Assembly: GCF_009914755.1 (NCBI RefSeq)
Contig: NC_060942.1
Reading direction: 5' to 3' (one strand)
Length of the DNA: 64,000 bases
DNA from: the human T2T-CHM13v2.0 reference genome, Homo sapiens
Part shown: positions 42,098-58,176 of the stretch, one piece after another
How positions within the stretch are numbered: the first letter of the stretch is position 1
Layout: each line of letters opens with the position of its first letter
Position numbers and translations under genes: made by a program
Notes under the pieces: model-generated
Told to the model about the DNA's origin: nothing
The model's input: the letters and a program-made list of their open reading frames with translations, nothing else
Databases searched by the model: none

Positions 42098-43979
42098 ACT
42101 TTTTCATTGCTTTTCTAAAACTTTTGGAGATGTTTATGCGATTCACCTTAGATCTATAACAAAGATGAAGTATGTCAATATATTTTCTAATATAGAACGA
42201 CCCTCACGTTCTTGAAATGACTTCTTTTAATTGCCTACTAAGTTGTCTTTGCTAATAATTTATTTCTGATTTTTACACCAATATTGTGCTGTAGATTGTC
42301 TTCTGTGCTTTTTGTGTACTACTTCATAGAATAAATTTAGAAGCTTTCTTTCTTCACTTAGCCTCTGGAACAATTTAAATGGCATCAAATTTATCCTCTA
42401 TGAAATTGCCTGGACAGAGTCCTTTTTAGAAAATTAGGTCTTTGACAACTTTATTTCTTCTATGTTAATTAGTCTTTCATATTTTTCTCCCCTTTCCGGA
42501 ATCTGTTTTAATACATTTTATTCTCCTAGAAAACAATCCACTTTTAAATATTTCGGATATATTTGCATAGAGTTTTGGAAACCAGGCTCCTATGCTTCAT
42601 TTAATTTCATCTGCCACCGTGGTTATTTTCTTTCTTGTTTTTAAATTTATACATTTGTGTCTTCTCCCATTTTCTTGCATAGTTAGCTGGCATTTATCTC
42701 CTGTAATATTTATTTTGTAAGACCCATCTTTTGGATATACATATAGCGTTACCATTTTTCAGTTTTCTAATTCATTGACTTCTACCTTTACCTTTACTAA
42801 TTCCTTATTTCTGTTTTCCTTTCGGTCCTTTTCTATCTCCTTTAGTTACATGTTTAATTCATTTATAGTCATGCTTTCTTATTCATTAATATAAGTTTAC
42901 AGGCTATGATTTATCCTCCTATTCATTAACATAAGCTTGTAGACTATAATTTATCCTCTGACTGTAAATCCTATGTGCTGTTATGTAGTATTTTCCTTAT
43001 TCTTATGTTCTGTTATTTATGTTTATAAGTTGTTTAAGAAAAGGTTTCTAAATATCTAGTAGTGGGGCTTTTTGACTATCCGATTTTATTAAATTTGAGT
43101 TTATTGCATTTATATTACACAGTTTTGTCTATATCATTATATGATAGTTATTCATGTTTTCTTTGTGGCATATGATATGGTCATTCCTTTTACTATCCTA
43201 CTGATAGTTAAAAAGTAGGCATATTCTTTATTTTTAAGATACAAAGTTCAGTATGTAGCAATTAAATCTACCTTATAAATCTACCTCGTACTTATATTTT
43301 TTAATACTAAGTTATTATCGTCTGCTCTTTTTTGTCCCCTTGCTTTGTTACAAACCAAAAAAGGTATTCACCTGTTATAACTAACATTTTTCTATTTCCC
43401 TAGCATTATACAGCATAATATATCTATTAGTCTAGCATCATATATCTCTAGCATTTTCTGTATAAATGTTGATTCTTTATTATTTAGTGCCTATTATTTA
43501 CAACTATTGTATATTTATTGGAAATTGTACATATTAGTATTATTGGTACCTTTCTTTAGGTGTGTTTATCTTTTGCTGTAATTTATATTTAAATAAACCC
43601 AATTCTCATTGTCAGTCTTTTGCCATAATTTTCCAGTCAGTATTTGGAAAACTAAAGTTCATCTTCTCATAATGTCTTTCAGAAAGATTCATAAAAACAA
43701 TGTACTTTAAGATATACAATATATTCCCTAAAATATATTTATCTGTCGTCTTTATACTTGAATGACAGTTTGTCTAAATTTAAAATTCTTGGGTCACAGT
43801 TCATTCCCTGAGGATTAGTAAGAATTGTTCCATTATGTCAAATGTTGCTATGCATTAATCTGAGGATAGCTTCATTTTTTCTATTTTTAAGTGACTTGAT
43901 TTTATTGCCTGACTTTTCAAATAATATTTTTCTTTGTCTTTGATGTCTCGTAGCACTACTAAGATGCCTCAGCATGGCC

Positions 43980-45468
43980 TGTGTTACTAGTTGGCATGGG
44001 ATAAACTACTACAGGGTAGACTCAATAAGTAATGGCTCAAAAAGAATAGAAATCGATTTCTTGCTCATAGGATATATATTTCAGGTTAGGCTTTGGGGGG
44101 GCTTCTAACCCACATAGTCATTCAGCTCTGCCTTCTTTGACCATTGTGGTCATAATAAGAGGGAATGAGCATGGAGGAGTTCCCATGGATATTTTATGGG
44201 CCATGTCTAAAACTGGGACACATCACTTCTGCTCACATAATATTGACTAGAATGCAGTCACATGACACAAAGGAGGCTGGAAAATGTGCGTAAGGGTTGA
44301 AGAAGAAAATCTTTTGGTGGACATGAGACACTTCTGCCACAATCTGCTCCTCTGGCAACAAAATAGTCATGCAGATTCCACTGACCACATGTGAAAAACA
44401 GTCACCTCTCCACAAGGGAGAAAACTCAATATTATTCAGTTATTGCATCCAACTCAAAATTCAGGATTTCTATGTGATTTCTATCCTTGCCATCAGGCCC
44501 AGTTCTGCTTCCCGGAGGATTGACAATCTATAGATTAAAAATACAATCCAACATCTGCCCTTTTCAAACACACATATATACAAATATCCAATAATGTCAG
44601 TGGCGTACAGAAAAGCTAGCCATGGCGAAAATCCCCATTCAGAAAAGGAAAGAATGAGAAACACACAGAAGTCACAGCTTACCCAGTGTGGCAAGCAGTG
44701 TGAAGTCTTGACAAAGGTGGCAATTTCTCAATTATACCTTGGAACTGCTCTCTATGAGGAATTTACTGTTTTCTGTAGCCTCTCATTTCACCCTCAGAAA
44801 ATTCTTGCTTGCCCAATTTCCACGGCCTTATCTGAAGGGAGCATTGGGAAATATGACCTCCTTGGAAGCTGTACAGTGGAACACCTTTGCGTTACTTCCA
44901 GGCCCGGCAATAATGCTTTCTTGATGTACTCCTCCATGTTCCTCATCCCCTTTCCATAAGCTAGGACCAGAGGAAAGGGTTAATGATAGCATTTATTGAG
45001 CATTTAGGTCAGTAGGCTTTGATGGAACAACAAGCCTGGGTCCGTGAATGACTGTGGGGAAGAGAGGTCCTCCTTCACCAACCTGGAACATTCAATCTTG
45101 ATTATTACAGTAGCAATAAATAAACTCTTTTGTGTTTTGCACTATTTCATTTGAGTGTATTTATTATAGTAATCTAGCCTTCACTAATTATTATGGAAAT
45201 AAGCAACAGAAATGGAATGATAAGATAACTCTGACTTAAAATATGTGGCATTGTTTTCATGATTTGATATTGGATGATAAGGAAATAAACATTACTAGGG
45301 AGGAAGCTGGAGACTTAAATCATGCTATGGCAAATCATTAAGTATGCTTAATTCCACTGGAGAGAACCATCACATAGCCACTCCCTAAGTAAGCAAGGAA
45401 GTGTCATCTAGCTCCATGCTCAGGAGCAGGTAGAACAGATTTTGGGATACAGCCAGCAGTTCCTACCA
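43980..45468 (-). mobile_element. MLT1J/K-like MaLR provirus (LTR-internal-LTR) with an internal inversion
   Basis: LTR 43980-44341 (tg...ctgccaca); MLT-internal motif cccattcagaaaaggaaagaatgagaaacacacag; second LTR split; perfect TSD TGGCC at 43975-43979 and 45469-45473. Confidence 0.75.
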
Positions 45469-45892
45469 TGGCCATTCTGTATCAACTTTCTTTGAAATTT
45501 GGTACGCCCTTTTAGTCTGTAGATTGAATGTTTTTGTTTATAAATTGTCTTCAGAAATTCTTAATGTGTGTTCTGTTCCAATACTTCAGCTTCCTTCTTT
45601 AGGAACTCCCTTTACACTTATGTGTAAGCTCCATTTACACTTACATTTCATTTACTTTGAGTATGTTCCATATCTACACTAACATTCAACCCTATTTATG
45701 CATCAGTATCCTCTGCGTTCCTTATTGTACTTTTTCTAATTTATTTGTCTAATGGAGTTTTGAGGCTTTTTTTTTTTTTTACTTTTTTACTATGACCTGT
45801 ACACTCACATTTCATTTCCTCTCGTTCTCTCTACTTTGTGCTTTACTTTATTATTAAGAAATTTTCTTCATTAAATTTCTTTTGTATGTCTC

Positions 45893-50160
<4,268 letters not shown>

Positions 50161-51339
50161 AATTTCTTTTGTAATTCATTTGAGAACATTTAGCAGCATT
50201 TTTTCAGTTGGGTTCTCTATTTTTCTGATAATTTTCTCCTTTTTTTGGTTATATCCTTGCTTTGTTTATTTTTTGATCTTCCGTTTGTTTAATGAGGTGT
50301 ATTTTTACCCAACCTACTACTGTAATGAGGTTCTTAGAGGGGAAAGGGCTATGGCTGCTATTTTGGCCTTTATCTCCTATACATAGGACTTATCTCTGTG
50401 AATCCTCATTAGTCTCTCCTTTGCTGCTCCCCAGAACCAACATAAGTCACAGGAAGCTACCACCTCTAACTTGTGAATCCACTACCCAATGCTGTGAACA
50501 CAGGATTTTCTTATGCAACTTAGGGTAACCACATAGTCTTCGAGAAATATACTTCATAGGCCCTTTTTTAGATCTGGGGCCATGTGTGTACTTTTCCAGT
50601 TTCTACTGCAAATCTGCTTTATTTTCATTGATTCTGGAATTTCACCTATTTTGTAGTTCAAAGTTTTAGCTGACTCCTAGTTTTGTGGGAGGTAGAGTTC
50701 ATTTCTTTTCTTACCTCCTTGTGACTTTCACATATTTTCCTCAAGGGTACAGGGAAATGTTGACTTTACCCCATCATTGTCAAAGAGGCATTCTAATTAC
50801 AATTTTTTACTGTCAAATGCCATTCTGCTGTGAGTTTTAACAAGTAGACATAAAAGAGAAAAACCACAGAAATACTTCATATTTCTTAATTCTGAATTGA
50901 ATATTTCTGAAATACTACTTAAAAGAGTCTGGGGAAGATTGTTATTACAGCCATGCTGTAGAACTGTTTTATAAAATTTTTTGTAATTGTCTGACTTGCA
51001 ACTAATATTATTCCCAGGATGTGTACATTCCTATAGCAACTCTGCTCGGTATGGAGTAGTAAATCCCTGGCTGACTGAGTCCTATGTGATAAATATCTTT
51101 GCTAACAGATTTTTTCATTTCCTTGTAACACATATATATGCATGTATCAATATGTGCATATATAGTTATTACCACAACGTATTCAATCTTCTCATTTTAA
51201 AAACCTGCTTAGATCTTGTCAACTGCCCTTCTTTAAATCAAAGAGAAAGCACTGGAGGTAACTTTTGAGAAAATGACTGTTTTTGATTTTTTTCAAACTC
51301 ATGTATAGAATGATAGGATATTATCTATCCTATCAGAGT

Positions 51340-51485
51340 TAACCTCATTTAACACCCTCATTTTATAAAATAAGGAAACCGAGAATCAAAAGAACTAAAA
51401 TTGCCTCCAAGGGCCCAAGCTAATTAGCAGCAGAGACAAAACTTGAACTCAGACTTCCTGATATAAGCTATTCTCTATCACACCA
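51340..51485 (-). mobile_element. MIR fragment
   Basis: cctcattttataaaataaggaaaccgag...gcagagacaaaacttgaactcagac. Confidence 0.75.
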
Positions 51486-51969
51486 AATTCCATCACCAAT
51501 AACAGATATTCTAATTTGGCAAAATGGGTTTTAGAAACTTTTCTACATAGTTCTTTTTTACAACTGAAGTTTAGCTTGTATGTACAGTAGAATTTCCTAG
51601 AACAAAACGCTAACCATTGCAAGATATAGGAGCATAAAGTCCTAGATACATTCAGGCAGGCATATCTGTACGGAAGTCCTTTTCAATTACTCAGCTTCAG
51701 AAGGGCTGCTCTTCTCAAATCTCACTACCCTCATAGCCGTACCATAGTAACTGCAATGGCAACACAATGTCTCTACATTTTTAAATGTAATAATCAAAAC
51801 ACATAGTTGAAATTGGTCTCTGGTAAATTTAGGTGAGTAGATTAAATTTTGACTCTAATTAAAATGTCCCTTCTGTCAGTTAGAGAATAAGCTCACACTT
51901 GCCTTTTTATGCTGAAAGTTTCTAATCACCTCAGTGCATCCCTTTGTTTACCCATTCCCCCAATTACTT

Positions 51970-52335
51970 TCTATCATTCATTCAATGATTTTAAGTTTTC
52001 ATTCATTCACTTATCTGCTCATTTGTTCAATTAATAATTATTGGGAACCTGATTTTATTATGGCGTTATGCTTGGTGCTGTGGGCAGGGGGAAAGAAAGA
52101 TACATAAAATATACTCTCTGCCCTCAGATCTCCTACTCTTGTATAGAAGATGAGAACTGTTCAGAAGTCATGATGATACGCCGAAAGTGATTGGTACAGA
52201 AGATTGTTCATGAGGTAGATGATATAACTTCCAAGAGGAGTGGTGGGGGTGGGGGTGGGATTGCAGAAATCCAGGAAGGCTTCAAGAAATCTGCTGCTGA
52301 AACTTGAGGACCAGGATCATGATGGATGGATATGC
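51970..52335 (-). mobile_element. L2 3' end fragment
   Basis: (CATT)n-type L2 tail followed by atgcttggtgctgtggg...ctctgccctcag. Confidence 0.65.
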
Positions 52336-52349
52336 AGAGAGGCCCTTTT

Positions 52350-52589
52350 CTTGAGAGCTTGTTTAGAGGTTCCAGCAGGGGAGTGCAGCTACTCCTATAC
52401 CCTTGATCAAAGACCGGTCCTCCTCTATCAGGGATGGTCTTCCTCTTCGACTGAGCATGCAGCTTCAAGAGGGACACACTTGGAGAGGTGAGGGAGGAAG
52501 GGGACACCCACCTAGCCAACCAGATCAGCCGGATCAACCCTGGCGATCAATGGGGTGACAGATGTTGCAGGCAGATCGCCCTCACATCC
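52350..52589 (-). pseudogene. 7SK snRNA retropseudogene (about nt 1-240, 3'-truncated)
   Basis: Minus strand reads GGATGTGAGGGCGATCTGCCTGCAACATCTGTCACCCCATTGATCGCCAGGGTTGAT...GAACCTCTAAACAAGCTCTCAAG, the 7SK 5' portion with CpG decay; degenerate TSD agaggccctttt/agatgccttttt. Confidence 0.96.
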
Positions 52590-53229
52590 AAGATGCCTTT
52601 TTTTTTTAACACATACACCTGTACTTTATACATGCATACACACACACATACATATGCATACATACACCTTGGCCTTTTCTCTCCAAAAGATCCACTCTAC
52701 CCTGAACCCTATAATTTGCCCTCATATGTGCCTACTTAACCAAATGCACTATCTACTTTCTACATCCAGAGCCAGGGAGAAACATGGTAATCTAAGAAAA
52801 TGGCATGGGGCTAGCACAAACAATCTTGTATCTAAGCATTTCCCCAAATGCTGATGATTACATGCCACGTGAAATGTAGTCCAATCAATGGAATCTGATA
52901 TGGGTGGTTGGGTTGACCTTTTGGTTGTAATTGTTTCTTTTGTCTAAATCTCTCTGAAGTCCAGTCGATAGTTGCCTTCACCCTCCTTTCTGGTTCTTAG
53001 TGACTAGAAGAACTCCTCACACCCTCTCGGAATACCCCACGAATAAGAGCTCCCCACACAAGTAAATAAAGGCTCTGTTTTGTAGGTCTACAAAACCAGA
53101 ATTTTTTCTTATTTTTTTTTTTGGATAAACTCTTTAAGAAATCATCTGTAGGGTGGTTCGAGGTTCACATTTTGCTCAGCTAGAAATCTTGATCCCTTAT
53201 CCGCATTAACAACTGTGTGGTGGGTACAA

Positions 53230-53770
53230 TGGACAGTAAGTATGGTGGTACACAAAGAGGTTGGTTCATTCTATCGGGGCAAGAACTCAGTTATCAAGAA
53301 AGAGTCATAGAACAGAGAAAGGAGTAACACTCCAGGAAAACGTAAAAATTGACCAAACAATTTGGCTATGTTCAGAAAACTGGTTAAATTTTGTTATGGC
53401 TTTGGGCTTGGGTAACACAGGGAAGGGAGGAGGCTATACACAGTGAGAGACCAAGTATGTGTGAGCCTTGTTTCGAGGGCCCTGTATGCCATACTAAATA
53501 TTTTAGATTTTATTCAGTAGACATTTAGGAGCAAGTAAAGGAGTTTAATCAAGAGTTGGGTGATCAAATTTACACTTTAGCAATATTGTCCATCAACAAA
53601 GAAGAATGTGTATTGAAGGTGTAATAGAATGACAACAGGAAGATAAGTTTGAAGATTTTAAAAATATTCATGTTTCAAATTTCTCTTCCTCTGAGAGAAT
53701 GTCAATGGGCTTATCTAGGGCTGTAGCAGTGGCAAATGGAGAAGAACAGCCAGAGACTAGAAATATTAGG
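53230..53770 (-). mobile_element. L2 fragment
   Basis: agggccctgtatgccatactaaatattttagattttattc; ctagggctgtagcagtggcaaatggagaag. Confidence 0.7.
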
Positions 53771-53777
53771 ACTTCCA

Positions 53778-55508
53778 GGGAAAGATCAGCCTCTTCAATA
53801 AACAGTGCTGAGAAAATTGGATATCTATAGGCAGAAGAATGAAACTAGACCCCTATCCCTCACCACATACAAAAATTAAATAAAAATGGTTTGAAGTCTT
53901 AAATCTAAGCCCTCAAACTATCAAACTACTAAAATAACACATTAGAGAAACTCTACAGGACACTGATCTGGGCAAGGAGTTTTTCAGTAATACTCCACAA
54001 GCACAGGCAACCAAAGCAAAAATGGACCAATGGGATTATATAAAGCTAAAAATCTTCTGCACAGCAAATGAAACAATCAACAAAGTGAAGAGACAACCCA
54101 CCGAATGAAAAAAAATATTTGCAAGCTACCCATTTGACAAGGGATTAATAACCAGAATATATAAGGAGCTCAGAAAACTCTATTTATTGCGGCACTATTC
54201 ACAATAGCAAAGACTTGGAACCAATCCAAATGTCCAACAATGATAGACTGGATTAAGAAAATGTGGCACACGTACACCATGGAATACTATGCAGCCATAT
54301 AAAATGATGAGTTCATGTCCTTTGTAGGGACATAGATGAAGCTGGAAACCATCATTCTCAGCAAACTATCACAAGAACAAAAAACCAAACACTGCATGTT
54401 CTCACTCATAGGAGGGAATTGAACAATGAGAACACATGGACACAGGAAGGGGAACATCACACACTGGGGACTGTTGTGGGGTGGGGGGAGGGGGGAGGGA
54501 GGGATAGCATTAGGAAATATACCTAATGTTAAATGACGAGTTAATGGGTGCAGCACACCAACATGGCACGTTTACATATGTAACAAACCTGCACGTTGTG
54601 CACATGTACCCTAAAACTTAAAGTATAATAAAAAGAAAAACATCTGATAATTGAATTAAAAGATGAGCAAAAGACCTGAATGCATATTTCTTAAAAGAAG
54701 ACATACAAATGGAGAAAAGGGAACCCTTGTACACAGTTGGTGGGAATGTAAATTGGTACAACTACTATGGAGAACAGTTTAGAGGTTCCTCAAAAAACTA
54801 AAAACAGAACTAACATATAATTCAGCAATTCCACTCCCAAAAGAAAGGAAATCAGCATATCAAAGATATTTCTGCACTCACATGTTTATTGCAGCACTAT
54901 TCACAATAGCCAAGATTTGGAAACAACCTAAGTATCCATCAATGGAAGAATGGATAAAGAAAATGTAGTACATATATATAATGGAGTATTTTTCAGCCAT
55001 AAAAAAGAAAAGAGTCCTGTCATTTGCAACAACATGGATGGAACTAAAGGTCATTGTATTAAGTGAAATAAGGCAGGCATAGACAGACAAACTTCACATG
55101 TTCTCACTTATTTGTGGGAGCCAAACATTGAAACAACGGAACTCATGAAGATAGAGATTAGAAGGATGGCTTCCAGGGACTAGAAAGGGTACTGGGCAGG
55201 GGGTGGTTCGTGGTGGGAAGGGTAGGGATGGTTAACAGGTACAAAAAACAGAAATAATAAATAAGGCCTAGTATTTGCCAGCACAGCAAGGCGACTATGG
55301 TAAAAAATAATTTAATTGTGCACTTTAGAATAACTAAAAGAGTATAACTGGATTGTTTGTAACACAAAGGATACATTCTTGAGGGGGTGGATACCACATT
55401 TTACATGATGTGATTACTATGCATTGCATGCCTGTATCAAAACATCTCATTTACCACATAAATATACATACCTACTGTATACCTACAAAAATTAAAAGTT
55501 AAAAAAAT
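53778..55508 (+). mobile_element. L1MA2-like 3' fragment interrupted by an L1PA fragment
   Basis: ORF2 C-terminal sequence and L1MA 3' UTR ending catacctactgtatacctacaaaaattaaaa. Confidence 0.9.
54181..54634 (+). mobile_element. 5'-truncated L1PA3-5-like 3' end
   Basis: gatagcattaggaaatatacctaatgttaaatgacgagttaatgggtgcagcacaccaac...ccctaaaacttaaagtataataaaaa. Confidence 0.93.
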
Positions 55509-57772
55509 TGTAATAGACATGAAATCATGTAAATCATTATGTATCCTTTTAAAGGATTTATAACAAAGTTGGGAACTATTGCATACTATATTTTATTCAT
55601 CAAGGAAACATTAAAATTGAACAACACAAAAGGGTCATAGTGGGATAAGAAATTAACAGTGGAAGGAGAGCATAGGCACAGATGTTATCAGTTCAGAGAA
55701 TAAAGGAAATCACTGTAGGTTTTGTGGACGAAGAGAATGAGATTTGAACCTGACCTTGAAGACTAGGTGGACTTCAGATAGGCAAAGAGAAAAGGAAGGA
55801 AGGATGCCATGGCATTATTGAAGCTCCAGTCAGTTTCTCTGTGACTGAACAGTCTAGAGGAACCACATGCGGCAAATGAGGCGCACACTTTCTAGGATAT
55901 TCACAGGCAACAAGCAAAAAGGTGCAATTGAAGGAAAATGGAATGTGGGCCTGCAATTTCCCCCTGGGGATGAGAGGCAGCATATCAAGAACCAAGGAAA
56001 CTTTTACACAGCAGTGTTCTTTGAAGTAAATTTCTTTACCAAAAAGAAATGTGAATTTTTTTAAAAAAAAGACACAAAAGGGAAAAAATTTACTAGCTGA
56101 GAGCTTTAATCATCAAAACTTTTTTCTCTTGTATTGCTATTTATTACTATCACCTGCCAAAGTCCCAGAGGCTGCGTAGGTGATAAGCAGGTTTTGTTGT
56201 CCTCACATCTTTTCAAAGAGCACTAACTCTGTGCCCAACTAGTGCACCTGTGTGCTGGATGAGAAATCACACAAGTGAAACACAGTCCCTATCCTGTGTG
56301 AGCTGATCTACCATGACATGTCACTATGCTCTTTGTGTGATCCTTCATTCAGAGGAACAGAAACAGGGTTCAGTGACTAAGAAAAAGTTTTGAAATACAA
56401 GAGCACATCTGCAAATTTGAAAATCATTTTTGAAGTCAGAAATTCTGTAGTGAACTTTAATTGACATTCACTTGGCCCCTACAACATGTTCTCTAAGATG
56501 CACTTTCACTAACTTCAAGTCTTTTTCTAGAGCAAACACATTCAGAGTTCCCAGTGTTTGATTCCAGCCCCACATACAAAAAAAAAAAAAAGTTACCTGG
56601 TGATAGAAAGAAATCAATCATAAAGATTTGCCAGCTTCAAGGAGTAAAAGAACAGAAAGATCTTTAGATAAATAACAAGGAAAACATAGCACCCAACAGA
56701 CCTCAAGTTTACCTTCTGAACAGCAAGGGGAAGGGAAAGAGGGACACCTTCAGGGAAACGAATAGATAGTGTAAGTCCCCACCCATCCTTTTCAACAAAT
56801 CAATTAAAGTTAATTACATTGTTTTGCTTGTTTTAACATAGGTAAAGAGACCAATGACAGCACACTTTATAAATCCACAGAAGCAGACATCAGAAATCAT
56901 TTACAGATAAAGCCGCAGAAGACTGGCCAAGAGATTGACAATCAGTGGATACAGGTCTGGGTAATCCTAATTCATGAAATAGCACTCAATTCCAGGTTTT
57001 GCATGTGAGTATAACGAATGAGTTTTTAATTCTGCTGAATATTTATTCTAAATGCAGTCCCCAAACTTAACATTGGATATATGTTCTAAAGTATTTTTTG
57101 TCAACTAAATGTCAACTAAATTTTTTGACAACTAAATTTTTTAACATTGGATATATGCTCTAAAGTATTTTTTGTCAACTAAATGTCTTAACATAAATCT
57201 GGATTTTCTATTTTTCCCAGGCATTGATAAAGAAGCTATGGTATTGAGGAACATTCCATGAAATAGTTATTTTGGAGAATTCATGAAAATGTTCACAGAA
57301 AAAGTTGCCACAAAAATGAATAAAGAATGGAGTGGCAATAGATTATATTATGTATTTTATAGACTCGTCCATTGATTCTCATTCTTTCTGGCCTAATTTT
57401 TTATTTATTACCTTATATGTACTTTCTCAAAAATGTGATACACACTTAGAAAAATTAACTTTCTGAAGCAACATTGTATAGGGGATAAACCACTATCCTG
57501 ATTTGTCCGCTCTGAGCACAAGAATCATGGCTACAAAAGGTAGATAGGATAAACCTACTATGACACCAACACTGTATGAAGTCAATAAAAGAGGCAGTTA
57601 AGAACAATTTTATGACTTCCATGAAACAAGAAAAAAATGCAGGCTAAATTACCAAATAAGCAAATGTGTATAAAAATAGTACTATAGAATTGAGATGTTT
57701 ATTTTTTCAAAAACAATTTACTTTTTTTCTCAATGAATCAATCAGAGCTAGAAAAACAGAATCTATTCTGGG

Positions 57773-58153
57773 TGTGATGGTTAATAGAATGTCAACTTGA
57801 TTGGATTGAGGGATACAAAATATTAACCCTGGGTGTGTCTGTGTGGGTGTTGCCAAAAGAGATTAACAGGGCTGGGGAAGGCAGATCCACCCTTAATCTG
57901 GTAGGCACAATCTAATAAGCTTCCAGTGAATATAAAGCAGGTAGAAAAAAACTGGATGCTTCCTGCCCTCAAACATCAGACCCCAAGTTCTTCAGTTTTG
58001 AGACTCAGACCAGCTCTCCTTGTTCCTCAGCTTGCAAAGCCTATTGTGGGACCTTGTTATCATGTAAGTTAATACTTAAGGAACTCCCCTTTATATATAT
58101 GTATATATGTATCCTATTAGTTCTGTCCCTCTAAAAGAACCCTGACTAATACA
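57773..58153 (+). mobile_element. MLT2A 5' LTR of a HERV-L provirus
   Basis: tgtgatggttaat...gtcaacttgattggattg...gaaccctgactaataca; left TSD ctggg. Confidence 0.95.
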
Positions 58154-58158
58154 GATAT

Positions 58159-58176
58159 TGGTACCAGGAGTTGTTC
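58159..58176 (+). other. tRNA-Leu primer binding site
   Basis: tggtaccaggagttgttc immediately after the 5' LTR, as in ERV-L. Confidence 0.75.

Larger units (their letters stand above)
41370..45890 (-). mobile_element. Old L1ME-like antisense remnant hosting an L1MB 3' fragment and an MLT1 provirus
   Basis: T-rich antisense ORF2/ORF1-like sequence (acatatccttgccttgtccc; taaaattcttgggtcacag) that continues across the MLT1 TSD. Confidence 0.65.

Noticed and set aside
42880-42958. Diverged 40-bp tandem duplication
   Set aside because: An old, ordinary slippage event inside an L1ME remnant with no further significance visible
52208-52739. Overlapping ORFs in a GC-richer island
   Set aside because: Explained by the 7SK pseudogene, which is non-coding
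56597-56715. Minus-strand exon-like segment (pyrimidine tract acceptor, cag|gtaact donor)
   Set aside because: Isolated, with no partner exon identified; indistinguishable from a chance pseudo-exon
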